Notes: generated from the sequence alone by a model not told the origin. A stretch of DNA of 64,000 bases from Camelus ferus (GCF_009834535.1 NC_045706.1:248001-312000), one strand, 5' to 3'; shown: positions 11,266 through 24,140, counted from the stretch's first letter. Made by a program: numbers and translations.

Positions 11266-11733
11266 TGAAAGCCTGTGACAACAGGTCTCCCGCCTCTGAG
11301 ATGATGGCTCAGCCTTCAGGTCTGTTCACAAAGGACCTTCTCAAGCAGGAAATAAAGCCGTGGCAGACTCAGTGTGAAGGTTTAACACTGGGGAGAAGGA
11401 GGCTGGGAGCCAAGGACAGGCCTGAAACACGGAGACGGCCTGGACAGCCTCCCCATCCCACCCCACGTGTCTGTCACGCCCTGAGCACCGTGGGTCAGAG
11501 ACTTAAATGAGGACAGGATCGCCAACATCTGGAAGAGTCACCGCATGGATTAAACATCCTAATGAGATGTTTAATTTTAATGAGAGAAAACTAATTTAAG
11601 TATAAAACATGTCAGGGAATGACCATCTCAGCAGCTGACCGCACACCAGGCTGTCAGTTGGGTCCTCCTGGTGCAGGGACCCCTGACCAGCTGGACCTAC
11701 AGACCATGAAGCATCATGTGCCCTAGGAAGTAC

Positions 11734-11824
11734 CTTTCCTGAGGTGCTGTCTCCGGAGGGAGTTGATGAGGGAGGACTTGCCCACATTGGGGACCCCGAT
11801 CACCATGATGCAGTACTCCAGGTT
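11734..11824 (-). CDS. MTG1: MTG1 exon 6: [30 protein letters not shown](G) (P-loop GVPNVGKS)
   Basis: 91 nt, AG/GT boundaries; G1 motif. Confidence 0.97.
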
Positions 11825-12106
11825 CTGCAGGCACAAGGGCAGGGGTCAGGGGCCCACCCAGACCCCACCTGGACCCCCACCCGGCCCACACAGAGGGACC
11901 AGGGACTTGCAAGCCCCGGCCAGCTTAACAGGAAGGAAGGTCACTGCAGGCCCTGCCCACCTCGATGGGGCCGCATCACCCTGCCCGCTGAGAACCGGAG
12001 GACAGAGGGGTTCACGGGCTAGGGGTGGTCCCCCACTGCTCAGCAGCTGAGCCTGGGGCCCCTCAGCAGGGACTCCCCGTGGCCAGCGCCAGGCCCTCCC
12101 ACCCAC

Positions 12107-12163
12107 CTCTCCTCGATGATAGCGGTAGCTGCTCCCAATCAGCTCCATGACCGTCGGGATGAT
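12107..12163 (-). CDS. MTG1: MTG1 exon 5: IIPTVMELIGSSYRYHRGE
   Basis: 57 nt, AG/GT boundaries. Confidence 0.93.
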
Positions 12164-12595
12164 CTGCGAGAAACAAGCTACACTCGGGCCCCTTCCTGCA
12201 GAGCCCTGGCCTCTCCTCCGCTCCTGCAGTGGCCACCCCAGCATCCCGCACCGGACTCAGGCTGCACTGGGGGGCCCTGTGCCCCTTCCTGTTCCCCCAC
12301 CAGGACAAGCAGGACAGTCCCCACCACCAGCTAACAAAGACGCACGCTGGCCAGTGGACTTCTCAGGCACAACTGGGGAACAAGGTGCGCACTCTCCAGC
12401 AGCCCTTCCGATTCATGACCCAGCGTCGCCCCACGGCCTGACTCTGCTCCCCCAGCCGCTCCCGGCACCGGGAGACAGGTGTGCCCAGCAACCCAAGCAA
12501 TCCACGGATCGCCTCCAGAACTCTTCTTACGAAGCACAAGGTAACTCAGTGTTTCTTATTGAAGCAGAAGCATCAGAGCACAAAACAGAAGTTAC

Positions 12596-12676
12596 CTGCT
12601 TGACGTTTTCATCCTTCACACAGTTGGTGAAAATGACATTGTTTAGACCTTCTCCTTCTAAGTGGTGTATAATTTT
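12596..12676 (-). CDS. MTG1: MTG1 exon 4: KIIHHLEGEGLNNVIFTNCVKDENVKQ
   Basis: 81 nt, TCAG|AAA and CAG|GTAAC. Confidence 0.95.
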
Positions 12677-14463
12677 CTGAAAGACAAGACATTTTCATTT
12701 GAAACACTGAACGAAGAGACGGGCAGTGTGATGCCTAAGATCCAAGGTCTGCTCGCCAGCTCAGAGCCACTGAGGCCCAGGGTCCAGCGAAGGACTGGCC
12801 CGACCTCCAAGCTCCAGGCGGCGAGGGGACGACGGAGCACCCTGGACAGCACAGACCGCAGAGCCGAAGGCCTCAAAGGAGGGCAGCCTGGCCACAGGGT
12901 GGCCCTGAGCAGCTGGCTCCGCGTGAGGACACAGGGAAGAAGGCTAAACCAGGTCATCTGAAGTCACTCCCAGCTCTGACGTCGTACGGTCCAGCCCCCG
13001 TCGAGCGACCCCCTTAGTCCTGCTAGGGAGCGCCCCTTAAAGTACAGTTTGAGCCCAATCAGATTGCAAAGTACATGTAATTCTTCAAAAGCCCAGAAGT
13101 AAATTAGGTTCACAGGAACTCACTGGTCTCAGTGATAAGCAACTCAGCCTATGACTTCTATCTTTAAAACCAGTGTTGTGTTGTTTGACCAGCTTCTGAT
13201 TCACTTAAAGGAACAAGAAAGTCATTCATTAATTCCACTAGTTTTAGTTATTTATCTTACTCATTACGATGCAGATCGCGGTACAGGCCACCAGAGACGC
13301 ACATGAAGCCACACTTCAAGTGGGGCGTCCCCACGTGCTGCGCAGAGGCAGACGCAGGAGCTCCCCTCCTCCAGAGCCCTCAGCCCCAGCACCTGAGGAG
13401 GAGGGGCAAGCACTCCAGCTGCCCCCAAGTGAGACCCCTGTGTCCCCAGGTCAGGTCGCCTAATGTGCCCACCACTCCACAAAGATTAGCATTTCGGAGC
13501 AGAAACAATTGATGGATGATTAAGACTCAAGTCTCAACTGATGAAAGAAACGGAGAGTCTGTGGTGGGCAAGGACAACTGCCCGGCGGTGAGATCCAAGT
13601 GGGCTGGCCTCGGCACGGGGAGCCGCGTCTGCTCGGCAGGAGGGATCACCCAGCAGACGGCCCGCACGCTGGGGCAGGATGGGACCGCCAGGGGCTCTCG
13701 ATGAGCGGAGAACTCCAGCTTCAGCACTTGGTTTCCCTGGAAACCTTCTTGTATAGGCCTGTGGCTGGGGTTTAAGTGTCTCAATGTACCACAGCAACTG
13801 AGAAACCAGAAACCCATTATTGCTGCTGCAAAGGAAAAACTCCGCACCACTAACACCTTGAGGGGGGAAACCGGCTTGAATTCAAGATTCAGCACCTACT
13901 CTTTACGAAGAATCTGACAACAGCAAGAAAAGCAGAGATGAACACTTGACAAATAATGATTCCTGAATCTGCACGTTCCTCTGATTCAGGGGCAATGGGA
14001 AACACCCCCATCAGGTCACTGTGTCCCCATCCGGCCTGGCTGGCATGAATCCCCGAGCCACTCTGGGCTCCTGCCTTCCAGCTTCCAGACCACTCAGTGT
14101 GCAAAAGGCAGCCCGCAGGTCAGACCAGGGTCTGGGAGGCTGTGGAACTAGCCTGTGAGGACGGACAGGGGCCAGTGCAGCCATGCCAGGAGGCCTCCAG
14201 GCCGGTGCTGCCCAGGGCGGCAGCCACTAGCCTCACGAGGCAAGCGAAACAAAACGTGGGAGTCAGTGCCACCGCAGCCTCGGTCCAGGGGCTCCGGGCC
14301 TAGTGGGGCCACACCTCCTGACCATCTCCTGTCGGAGGTGCACATCTTGATCGTTCAGACCACAAGTCAATCGGGATGCCCCTTGCTAAAGCCAGCACCT
14401 GGGCCAGCCAGCACCACACTGGTTCAGTGACCTTCCCACTGACAGCCCTGCGGGAGGCATTAC

Positions 14464-14568
14464 CTGCTGCTCCTTCAGATCCGCCAAGTCCATCTTGTTG
14501 AGGACGAGCAAGTGAGGCTTGAGCCCGAGGGTTTCCTGAAACAGAGGGTTGCGGCCGGAAAGCGGGAT
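14464..14568 (-). CDS. MTG1: MTG1 exon 3: IPLSGRNPLFQETLGLKPHLLVLNKMDLADLKEQQ (G4 NKMD)
   Basis: 105 nt; preceded by AC acceptor of a U12 intron; GT donor. Confidence 0.95.
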
Positions 14569-15929
14569 GTGGTGAAATTAAGGCAAAATTCCTTCAAAGT
14601 TTTACCAGACAGTTAATTTATTTTGCCTTGTCTTGTTACGCAGACGGATGCACCGACAAAAGGAAATCCTCAGCAGGAAGTGACAGCAGAGGAAGCCCTG
14701 CCTGGGAGCCTGGGAGCAGGCTGGCTCCAACCAGCCCAGCTCAGTGCTGAGCCCAACCCTGTCCTGACTCTCTCCAGGGCCACGGTGCACCGCAGGCCCC
14801 ACACCGCTTTCTGCAGACACGTGGCGGAAGGCGAGCAGTGGCTCTCATGTGGCTTCTCAAAGAGCATGACGGCAGAAGAAACAAAAACAAAGCTCAGTGG
14901 AAGTTTTCATAACTTGATCGTTGTTTAGCTGCCAGGTACCTAAGTTCACGATGATGCGATCGCTCAAAAATAGTGCCTCCCATAAAGTCCTAACTAGTAC
15001 ATCTCAAACCACCACTGCCACCCTGGGGAGTCCCCACGGAGACCTTCGGTGAGCCCGCCTCCTGACTGCCAGGCCTCCTTCCCCCAGCCAGGGACCCTGA
15101 GGCTCACTGTAAGGTCCCACCTCCTGTGACACTAACACAGGCAGAAGGGGCATCTTCATCTTTATTTTGGGAGCACTCAGCCCCGACCTAGTGTTCATCT
15201 CCTGGGAGTCCAGCTGTGATACCCTCCCTCCAGCAGGCCTGGGGTCTACGTGCCCAGTTAAGTGGCTGTGTTCCCACCCGCACAGCAAAGGGACCTTCCA
15301 TAAACAGCACTCTTCCCTGAGAGGTTAACCAAGCCTGTGCTGATTCAGACCCCAAAAGCCTCCGGACTGGCTCACAGGCCGTCCTAGATAAGAAATCAGA
15401 ACGTCTAGAGACCAAAAGGAGGAGAGGTAGCCTCTCGTCACAGTACCCAGAATAGCAACCACAGGTTCCATGGTTTTCAATACTCAGACATAAAAGTGCC
15501 AGTAAACCCTTTGGCTGGCACGAGATACTGTATGGATTGATCTATTTGGCCTGAAGTAGAGAAACTCAACACTTTACCACAGAAATTCTAACAAGCCCTT
15601 GAAATGGCGAGAATGGTTCCTCATCCTCCACCTTAGAGGTGTAGCAACTCTCAAACCAACACCTTTGTCATAAAAGGGGAACCTAAATGTAGCTTAAATA
15701 AATACAACAAAAACAGGGTCCAAAAAGTGCACTCATTACTGAACAACATCGTTACATCTCGCCAACTCACGCCTCAAGCACAGTACAAAAGCCTGGCTGC
15801 CAGGAACATTTTCATTCAAGGTTCATCTCTGACCTGGAGAATCCTACTGCTGGACTGGCCTGGAAGGCGTGGGTATGCCAGGCAGAGTCTGAGACCCACG
15901 GTGCTACCTGTGTATCGAGGGGGAGCTTC

Positions 15930-16042
15930 TGGGCCCCACACTGAGATTCTGATTCTTTGGCCTGGAAAGGGGCCCAGGTACCAGTATCTTCAAAAGCCTC
16001 CTGGGGGAATTCTAAAGTATGACAAGAACTGAGAACCAATGC
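15930..16042 (+). mobile_element. MER5-like hAT DNA transposon fragment
   Basis: GGGGCCCAGG...TTCAAAAGCCTCCTGGGG...ATTCTAA...TGAGAACCA resembles the MER5A/B terminus. Confidence 0.55.
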
Positions 16043-16169
16043 TTCCGATGCCAACAACTATGACAGGTGACACTGCTAACCACTGTGGTGGCTACCTGGA
16101 CCAGAGCAAGGACCAGAGGAGGGACAGGGAACTGTCCTGAGCACTGCCTGATTCGGAAGGGTCTCCCCT

Positions 16170-16975
16170 GCCCCACTACAACTGTGCACTGACTTCCAGT
16201 GGGGTTGGGGGGTTCCCACACCGCCAAACAGTTCTCCGACACTAGCTGGGTGTCCTGCTATGCAACTCAGTTCTGACACCACCCACCTGGAGATGGCGTC
16301 AGCTCCCACAGTAAGGGCTCAGGACTGCCTCACGCCCCTCCCCCCACTTCAGACACCAACTGCAGGTCCAGGCTGTCGCCTGTCACTTCCGACCAACAGG
16401 CTGTAGATCAGGGTTCCCACAACCTCTCCCTGGGTTTAATCAGTTTGCCAGAGTGGCTCAAAGAATTAAGAGAAACACTTTACTTACTAGATTACAGGTT
16501 CATTCTAATAGGGAATAACTCAGGAATAGCCAGATGGAAGAGAGGTACAGGGTGAGGTGTGGGGAGGGACCCAGAGCTCCCCCACCCTCTCCAGGTGCTC
16601 CCCTGACATCTCCACCCACTCAACAACCAGGAAGCTCTCCAGACCCATCCTTTAGGGTTCTTGTGGTGGCTTCACCACAGAGGTGAAACTGAGTCACTGG
16701 CCTTTGATGACTGAGCTCAACCTCCAGCCCCGCTGCCTTCCCTGAGGCCACAGGGTGGGACTGAAAGTTCTAACCTCCAGTATCAAGGCTGGTTCCCACC
16801 TGGAACTCCACCTACCCTGACCCTGACCCTGACCCTAACCCTCCACCTACCTCAACCGGGCCTTACCAAAATCACCTGTTAGCATGACAAAAGACACCTT
16901 TACCGTGTCCTCACTCAGGAAACTCCCAGAGCTGGAGGGGCCCTACACCTGGAAACAGGTAGAGACCAAACATGG
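16170..16975 (+). mobile_element. MER21-like ERV LTR inside the U12 intron
   Basis: CTGGGTGTCC...TTCTGACAC...GTCAG.TCCC... blocks shared with a second copy at 54940-55625. Confidence 0.75.
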
Positions 16976-16992
16976 CAACCCCCAAAGGATAT

Positions 16993-17057
16993 ACGGGCAT
17001 CGTGGACCTCGATGATGCAGTCCACCAGCTTTAGGCTGCTCTGCATCCTCTTCAGCC
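16993..17057 (-). CDS. MTG1: MTG1 exon 2: (G)LKRMQSSLKLVDCIIEVHDAR
   Basis: 65 nt; CAG acceptor; U12 donor. Confidence 0.95.
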
Positions 17058-17446
17058 CTGGAAAACAGAAGAAGGACACCTCAGGGAAGGGCCCATGGCC
17101 TTTTAAGAGGAAGAATTTAAGGTGAAATGTCAAGAATGACACACCATCACAAACAAGCTACAAAGAATACATCTGAGTGAAGTGCTCTCAGTAACAGCTG
17201 GTAACTGTTCACAGAGAGCCTCTTTCAAATTCAACACAGGTGGCTCAGAGGAGCTGCTCAGGTCCCTGCCAGAGGGGCAGCCACACTCACAGGGTCAGGC
17301 CAGATCCTGTCAGTCTCCGCCACACCTACAAGCGCGTGACTCTAGCTGGGGTACTTAACCTCCATGCGTCTTGATCTATAAAACAGAGTAACACCAACTG
17401 GCATACTCACTGAGCCCTCAATACTGTGTGGAGATGGTGCTGTAGG

Positions 17447-18082
17447 TGAGACAGGAGGGAAGGGGGCAGGGCACAGCCACTCAAGGAGTGACAGCAACCA
17501 AAACGGTGAAAGATTCACCTCCTAGTTGGCCTTGAGGATTAAGAGGTTTAACTTCTAGTGGACTTTTAGCTTCATTATATGCCCATTGTAACAGCATGAT
17601 CAAATAACATGCCCGCAGGCGCCATGACAGCCCCAAGGCTAACCAACCGTGAAAGGCCAAAGAATGGGTGGTGGCCCAGTCCCCGGGAATCCCAGCCCCT
17701 GCCCCAGGGCAGTTGGACTGATCCCGCCTGTAGGCATGTGAAGCTACTGAGACCATAAAAAGAGATACCACCTCGCCTAGTGGCCCCTTGCCTGCTCTCT
17801 CCCCTTTGGAAATGGCCTGCTCTCTGTCTGTGGAGTGCGTACCTACTTTTACTCTAACCTGGGCACCCAATTCCCACACCTCTTTCCTGGCCTTTCTCTT
17901 GCCTTACACTCTATGCAGTGTGTATCTCTCTAAATAAATCTACCTTTACTCAACAGTGGCTCGCACTTGAATTCTTTCCTGTGCAAAGCTAAGGACCCAC
18001 ACTTGGCGGGGCACGTCCCAGGGGCTCAACCGAGACCTGGGACTCGGCCCTCCTCACGCCCCACATCCGTTTTCCTGCATCA
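17447..18082 (+). mobile_element. ERV1-class solo LTR in MTG1 intron 1
   Basis: TG...CA termini, CATAAAA box, AATAAA at 17933-17938, flanks TAGG/TGGG (near 4-bp TSD); same family as the copy at 63243-63723. Confidence 0.8.
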
Positions 18083-18769
18083 TGGGTACCGACCTCAGCC
18101 ACTCACCCTGGACGGCTCACACACTCACACAGCACTGAACTCACCCCTAACCAGAGACAACACAAGCAACAAAAGTAACAGAGCTCCTTTTCCTGCAGTG
18201 TTCCCCTCCCCAGCCAAGCCCTGGCATCTGCGCACATCCCCAAACATCTTACATCACCCCCTCTCCCCCCCTCAAGTGCCACCACCCGCGGGTGCCCTGT
18301 CCCTCCTGAACCCCAGCATGCAGGGCACTTTGCACAGAGCCCGGCAGAGCAGGCACGCGGTGAACCAGAGGCACTAGAGGGAGCAGGAGCAGGAGCGAGG
18401 CAACCCCTAACACTAAGAAGGGCTGACTCTGTCCCAGGTGTCTTCTTCGGGCCAAATTTTGACAAACACGCAAACTCCCGGAGAGTTTTAGACAGAAGAC
18501 AACAATGACTCGATCTATAGTTTCAAAGATGCTGAGATGATTAAACAGCTGAATACAACTTGCAAAGTGCTTTCCTACCCCCACTTCACTTAGTCCTCAA
18601 AATACCGTTCGGAAAGTGTATCTTTTCAGAAGAAGGCTTCGGGGAACCAAGCGGCAGAAGGGCCTTGCCGGGGATCAGGCACCAGGCCAGCCCGAGACGC
18701 CCGCCGCCGCCCGCCCCGCTCGCGGCCGGGTAAACAGTGCAGGCCCCGCCGCGACCCGCCGGACCTCAC

Positions 18770-18881
18770 CCTTGGCCATGTGGCCCGGGAACCAGCGCGC
18801 CACGTCGCGACCGCCCAGGGCGAAGCCCTCCCGCCACGCGGCGCGCGCGGCGTCGCACAGCACGCGTGGGAACAGCTTCAT
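18770..18881 (-). CDS. MTG1: MTG1 exon 1: MKLFPRVLCDAARAAWREGFALGGRDVARWFPGHMAK(G); mitochondrial ribosome-associated GTPase 1
   Basis: WFPGHMAK hallmark of the RbgA/Mtg1 family after a mitochondrial-type leader; 112 nt; donor G|GTGAG. Confidence 0.97.
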
Positions 18882-19120
18882 GGAGCAGCGTCCTGCGCGC
18901 CGAGTGGCCCCGCGGGCCTCTCGCTCGACGGACCGCTCCCTCGACGGACCTCTCCGTCAGGCCCGCGACCCGGCACAACGGTTCCGGCGCTCCAAGCTTC
19001 CGGCGCGGCTCGCGCTTGCGCACAACGCTGCCCGGGCGGGGGCGGGGCCGGGCCGGGGCTACGAGCCAGGGGCGGGGCTACGAGCCTGGGGCGGACCCGC
19101 ACAGTCCCGGCGTTCTCAGG
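18882..19120 (-). promoter_or_regulatory. MTG1: MTG1 CpG-island promoter (ETS TTCCGG x2, NRF1-like GCGCTTGCGCA, GC boxes)
   Basis: Motifs at 18981-18987, 18997-19003 and 19012-19022; GGGGCGGGG boxes at 19035-19095. Confidence 0.75.
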
Positions 19121-20305
19121 GTCTTGAGTCCAGTAACATTAAACTTTAAAATTCCTAATTCTTTCGTAAGCGTATCCCGAGCATAAGTAACAAATTTTAG
19201 CAGTCCGATGTCAATATCTGGTCCCTTTTTATAAACTTGGTTAAACTTTTCAAATATTTTAAATTGAATTTACAATGTAATACCCTGCTTTTCTTTGTCA
19301 AGTACTCTGGGTTTTAATATGACAAACTCTTTGCAAATGCTGACTGCTGTTCTGCTAAATTAAACCTATTACTACGATGAACCTGAAATTCTCTTCGTGT
19401 TCCAATAGCCCACATAAATGTAGTCAGATTTCAACTTTAAATCCAAAGTGCCAGCCTCCAGCTGCACCGCCTCCCCCAGGACAGTCCTGCAAAGACACCC
19501 AAGCTCGGCCTGGCAGCCGTGAGACTGGCCGTTGCCGGCCTCACCTTGAGGCCTCTGTCCCCTCTTCAGCTCTGCAGCAGGGGCCCTGTAGCCTGCTCCC
19601 CGGGACACTGCCGATGCAGTAGGCAGGATTGGGGCAGCTGAGGACAGCACCCAGGGTACCTGGACACACTCCCACACTCCCTCCAATACTGCCCAGGGTG
19701 CCCCACTCCTCTTCAGGCCTCATTGTTCACTTTCTCCAGGAAACCTGGGGCCCCAGGTCAGAACAGGGTGTCCTGCCGCTCTGCCCTCCTGTCTCCCACT
19801 CATTGGCCCTCACCCAACCCAGGGGCAGCTGGTGCCTGACCACGTGTCTGCTGATGGAACACTGGGGAGGGCCAGCAGCTACACTGCCACCAGCAGTGAG
19901 AACTCGGGGATACGTGGCCTCACACACCCAGGGTGAGGGGGTGTTGGGGGGAGGTGAGCCACCTACTGGGGGCACAGGGCCCTGCAGTGACCAGGGCCCA
20001 GGGCAAGACAAAGGCAGAGTGATGAACGCCGCAGCCATGAGGACGACTCCGGACACAGGATGCTTTAACACACTTTATGTTCCAGCGACCACAGCAGCAG
20101 CAGCATCTCATGTCTCTCTCTCCAGGAAGACCTCACGCTCGGCTCGAGCCCAGCCCTGGCGGGACCCCAGAGACTTGAGAAATTAGACAGCTGACCCCCA
20201 GTGACACTAACATCTTCAGTCTTGAGCCAGACTGAACGTCGTCCATCAGAGGAAAGGACCCCCAGCTCCGGAGTGGCAGAGCTGGGCTCAGAGTGAGCGG
20301 AGGGC

Positions 20306-20467
<162 letters not shown>

Positions 20468-21569
20468 TCAGGGTGTGTGCCTGGGTTGGCCACAGGCCCC
20501 ACGCCTCTCCCCTGCGGCCAACGGCAGGTGTGGGGCAGGTGTGGGGCTTTGTTCTTCCCCTAATCCCGCGCCTGATGTGACCAGGACACCAGGGCCAGCA
20601 CCATGGCTGCTACACTGAAAAGAGCAACAACAGTGCAGCACACCCAGAATTAAATGTAAGCACAGAACGCAGCGTGGAGAGCATCACCCAAAACACAGAG
20701 CAAAATCCAGAAAAAGTGAAAAGGAAGAAAAAAAGCTGTGATAATTCAAGAGAATTCCAGGAGAAGCGGAATGACTGCCAGCAAGTGTGGGGCTCCTGCT
20801 CTTCCTGCTTCCTTGGATATTTGAAAACCAGGTGAATCACAAGGGCTTCGGACCTCCCAGCAGCAACGTGGGGAACATCTTCAAAGCCCCGAGGGATGTG
20901 GCTGCCAAAAGAGCACTTTGCACCCAACGTGGGGCTTTTGCGCGGCTGTGAAGTCTTGGACACTCCTCTACCTTGAATCTGGGCAGGCTTGTGGCCGCTT
21001 TGTCCAGTTAGTGAGGCAAGACCTCTTCACTCAGTCACAGGAGCAGCAGTGCCCACTCCGCGGAATGCTGGTGCTGGAGCCCTGGGCCGCCACGCTGGGA
21101 GGGAGCCCAAGCCACACAGAGAGGCCAAGGGCAGGCACTTGAGTCCTTCAAGTCCTCCAGCCAGGGAAGACATGTGAGAGAAGCAGCCTCAGAGGACCCC
21201 TGCCCCGGCCCATGGTCACCCCCAGCGGGTCATTCTCGCAGCTGAGATGCCAGACATCACAGGACAGAAACAAGCCTGTCCCACGTTGCCCACCTACAGA
21301 ATCTGTCAGCAAAGGAAAGTGGTTGTTTCCACCCCTGGAAAAGAGACTGTGGCCCCTCACAGCCCAGGTGTGGACAGTGCCCGCAGCAAACAAGACATTG
21401 GAAGTGAGGAGGTCCCACCAGAACTACTGCACCACACCTGGGAGGGCGGGGAGAGGAGTGCAGGGACACTAAAACTGATGTGACTTAGTCAGAATTCAAT
21501 CAGTCATGCCTCAAACCGAAAGTTCAAGAGCGACACCACCAAACAAGACTTGGACACCAAGCACGACTG

Positions 21570-21820
21570 CTGGGTGGTGTGGGGCAACCGTGAATGTTTA
21601 CATATGACAACACGGTTATGGTGATGTATTTTAAGAGTGTGTCCTCGATCTTTTGGAGATGCCCACGGAAATATCTGCAGACAAAGCTACAGCACCTGTG
21701 GGACGAGCCTGACAACAGGCGGCGCCACAAGATGCCGTGAACAGACAGACACGAAACCGGAGACAGGAGCTCAAAGGCTCTGCCCACCTTTGTAACATGG
21801 AAAGTTTCCCACAATTACAT
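21570..21820 (+). mobile_element. Old L1M 3' fragment
   Basis: GGTTATGGTGATGTATTTTAAGAGTGTGTCCTCGATCTTTTGGAGATG resembles L1MC/ME 3' ends. Confidence 0.5.
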
Positions 21821-22101
21821 GTTTTGTAGAAAGTGGTAGATAGCATGTTATTTGGAGATCCGGTAGATTCAGAGATCAGAATCAGCCAGAAGAACAGTCT
21901 GGGAGGGTCCATGGTATGCCCCCCACCAGCATGCTACATTAGGTCCTTTTCTTATTTTGTTAGCCAGCACCGGACAGTCCTCTGATGCTTTAAGCTATGA
22001 GCATGTATAATTCTGATAAAAATAACACATTTAAGAATTACTCTTAGTTTCCAAAAGAAATGGACTCTGAATCTCAGAGTCCCAGGTCTCCACTCCCCTC
22101 A

Positions 22102-22368
<267 letters not shown>

Positions 22369-22715
22369 TTAACCCAACATCCGCCTGGACGTCTGCAGTG
22401 AGTCTCTCACTTTAAAGACTGAGCGGTTCAAAATCAGAGAAACTGCCCGGGGAAAAAAACCAGGGCACAGAGAGTGTAAGTAAGAGGCTCCCCGGTCCCC
22501 CAACTCTGCTGGCCGCCACCGCCTGCGCGGAGGCTGGATTCCCCACCGGGCAATGGGGTGGCACCACTGCCTTTCCGGAGCCGCAGCACCTCATCTGTAA
22601 AGCTCTCGTCAAGGACACCGCACCCATCCTGGGGGCAGATTTTAGAACAGAGAAGTGGGAAGGGGTTGTAAAGTCACTTTGGTCCTCAGAGACCAGGACT
22701 TCTGGTGGCCCACTA

Positions 22716-23081
<366 letters not shown>

Positions 23082-23199
23082 TCAGCAGAGCCGGGGCCTC
23101 AGCACAAGCCCGCTAGCAGACCCACGCGCAGGGGAGCGCCCCGCTCGTGGCAGGGCAGGGCATACCGCGAAGCAGCCGCATCAAGTCCTGAGCCTTGAG

Positions 23200-24140
23200 A
23201 GCAAGTCTTTCTAACACCCCACGTGGCAGGATGGGGGGGACCGGGCACACGTGAGCCGCCAGTGGACCACTGCATCTTTCACAAATGGGGGTTTGGGGCC
23301 TGGGTATCTGGCAGACACTTTCTCAAAAATGAGCAGAGTGTGTCTCTTACAAGGAAAACAACAGCAAGTATTTATTGCTGATGACAAAACTGAGGCTCTC
23401 GAGCAAAAATTAGAATTTTAGAAGCTTGCCTCTGCCACCAACAGTTCAGCCGGCCCAACGCAGACTTTTCTGGGACCAGGGGTGATGGTAATAAATTTAA
23501 TTATTCACATTGTACGGTGAAATGTTTCAACACTTGGAAGACTACATGAATCCTTCCTTTCCGAATGACCGAAACGTGGGTGGGTTAAAGACCATTCAAA
23601 GGGCGAGACAGACAAACAGAGGCAGAGTAAGATGCAAAATCCACCAAATGGTTTCAGGCTCCACACTGCAGCCGACCTCTACAGAACTGCCTTCAACCTC
23701 CTGAGTCCTGGCGCAGCACCAAAGAACACCCGCAGTTATCTGAAAACCAAGTAAAGGTTACTCCTCTTCCCAAGCACAGGTCTACAGCGTGCTTCACACA
23801 CTCCACCCAGACTGCGGAACCAATGCAGGGCAGCCATGGGCTCCAGTTACCTCCTATTATCCAGACACTAAAGACGCTTGCAAAAGAGACAAAACATTGC
23901 CACTCTTCTCACTAAAGTCTGTTTTAGAAATGCAGTTGTTTTTTGTTCAAAAGTGTTATTTATGTTAATGTGGAATAGCTTTACTGTCATTTGAAGAATA
24001 AACATTTTTAAATTTCTCAGATTAATTGCTAATGTGATAAATGCACAGATATAACCCACATGAACAAAAGCTCTTTAAGATCCTGAATAATTTTTAAGAG
24101 TAGAAAAGGCGGATCCTGAGACCACAGTGTGAGAGTCACT
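23200..24140 (+). mobile_element. Charlie1-like hAT DNA transposon fossil (3' part) in PAOX intron 4
   Basis: AT-rich; ends GATATAACCCACATGAACAAAAGCTCTTT...AATAATTTTTAAGAGT...TCCTGAGACC...TGAGAGTCACTG, like the Charlie1 terminus. Confidence 0.75.

Larger units (their letters stand above)
14569..16992 (-). other. MTG1: MTG1 intron 2: U12-type (minor spliceosome) AT-AC intron
   Basis: 5' end ATATCCTTT; 3' end TTTGCCTTAATTTCACCAC; only these boundaries keep ...HDAR|IPLSGRNP in frame. Confidence 0.93.

Noticed and set aside
14880-15000. Possible intronic C/D snoRNA in MTG1
   Set aside because: No clean RUGAUGA C box paired with a terminal CUGA and stem on the host strand.
16993-16994. GT donor for MTG1 exon 2 (C|GTATAT)
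   Set aside because: Breaks the frame with exon 3; the U12 ATATCCTTT...AC boundaries fit exactly.
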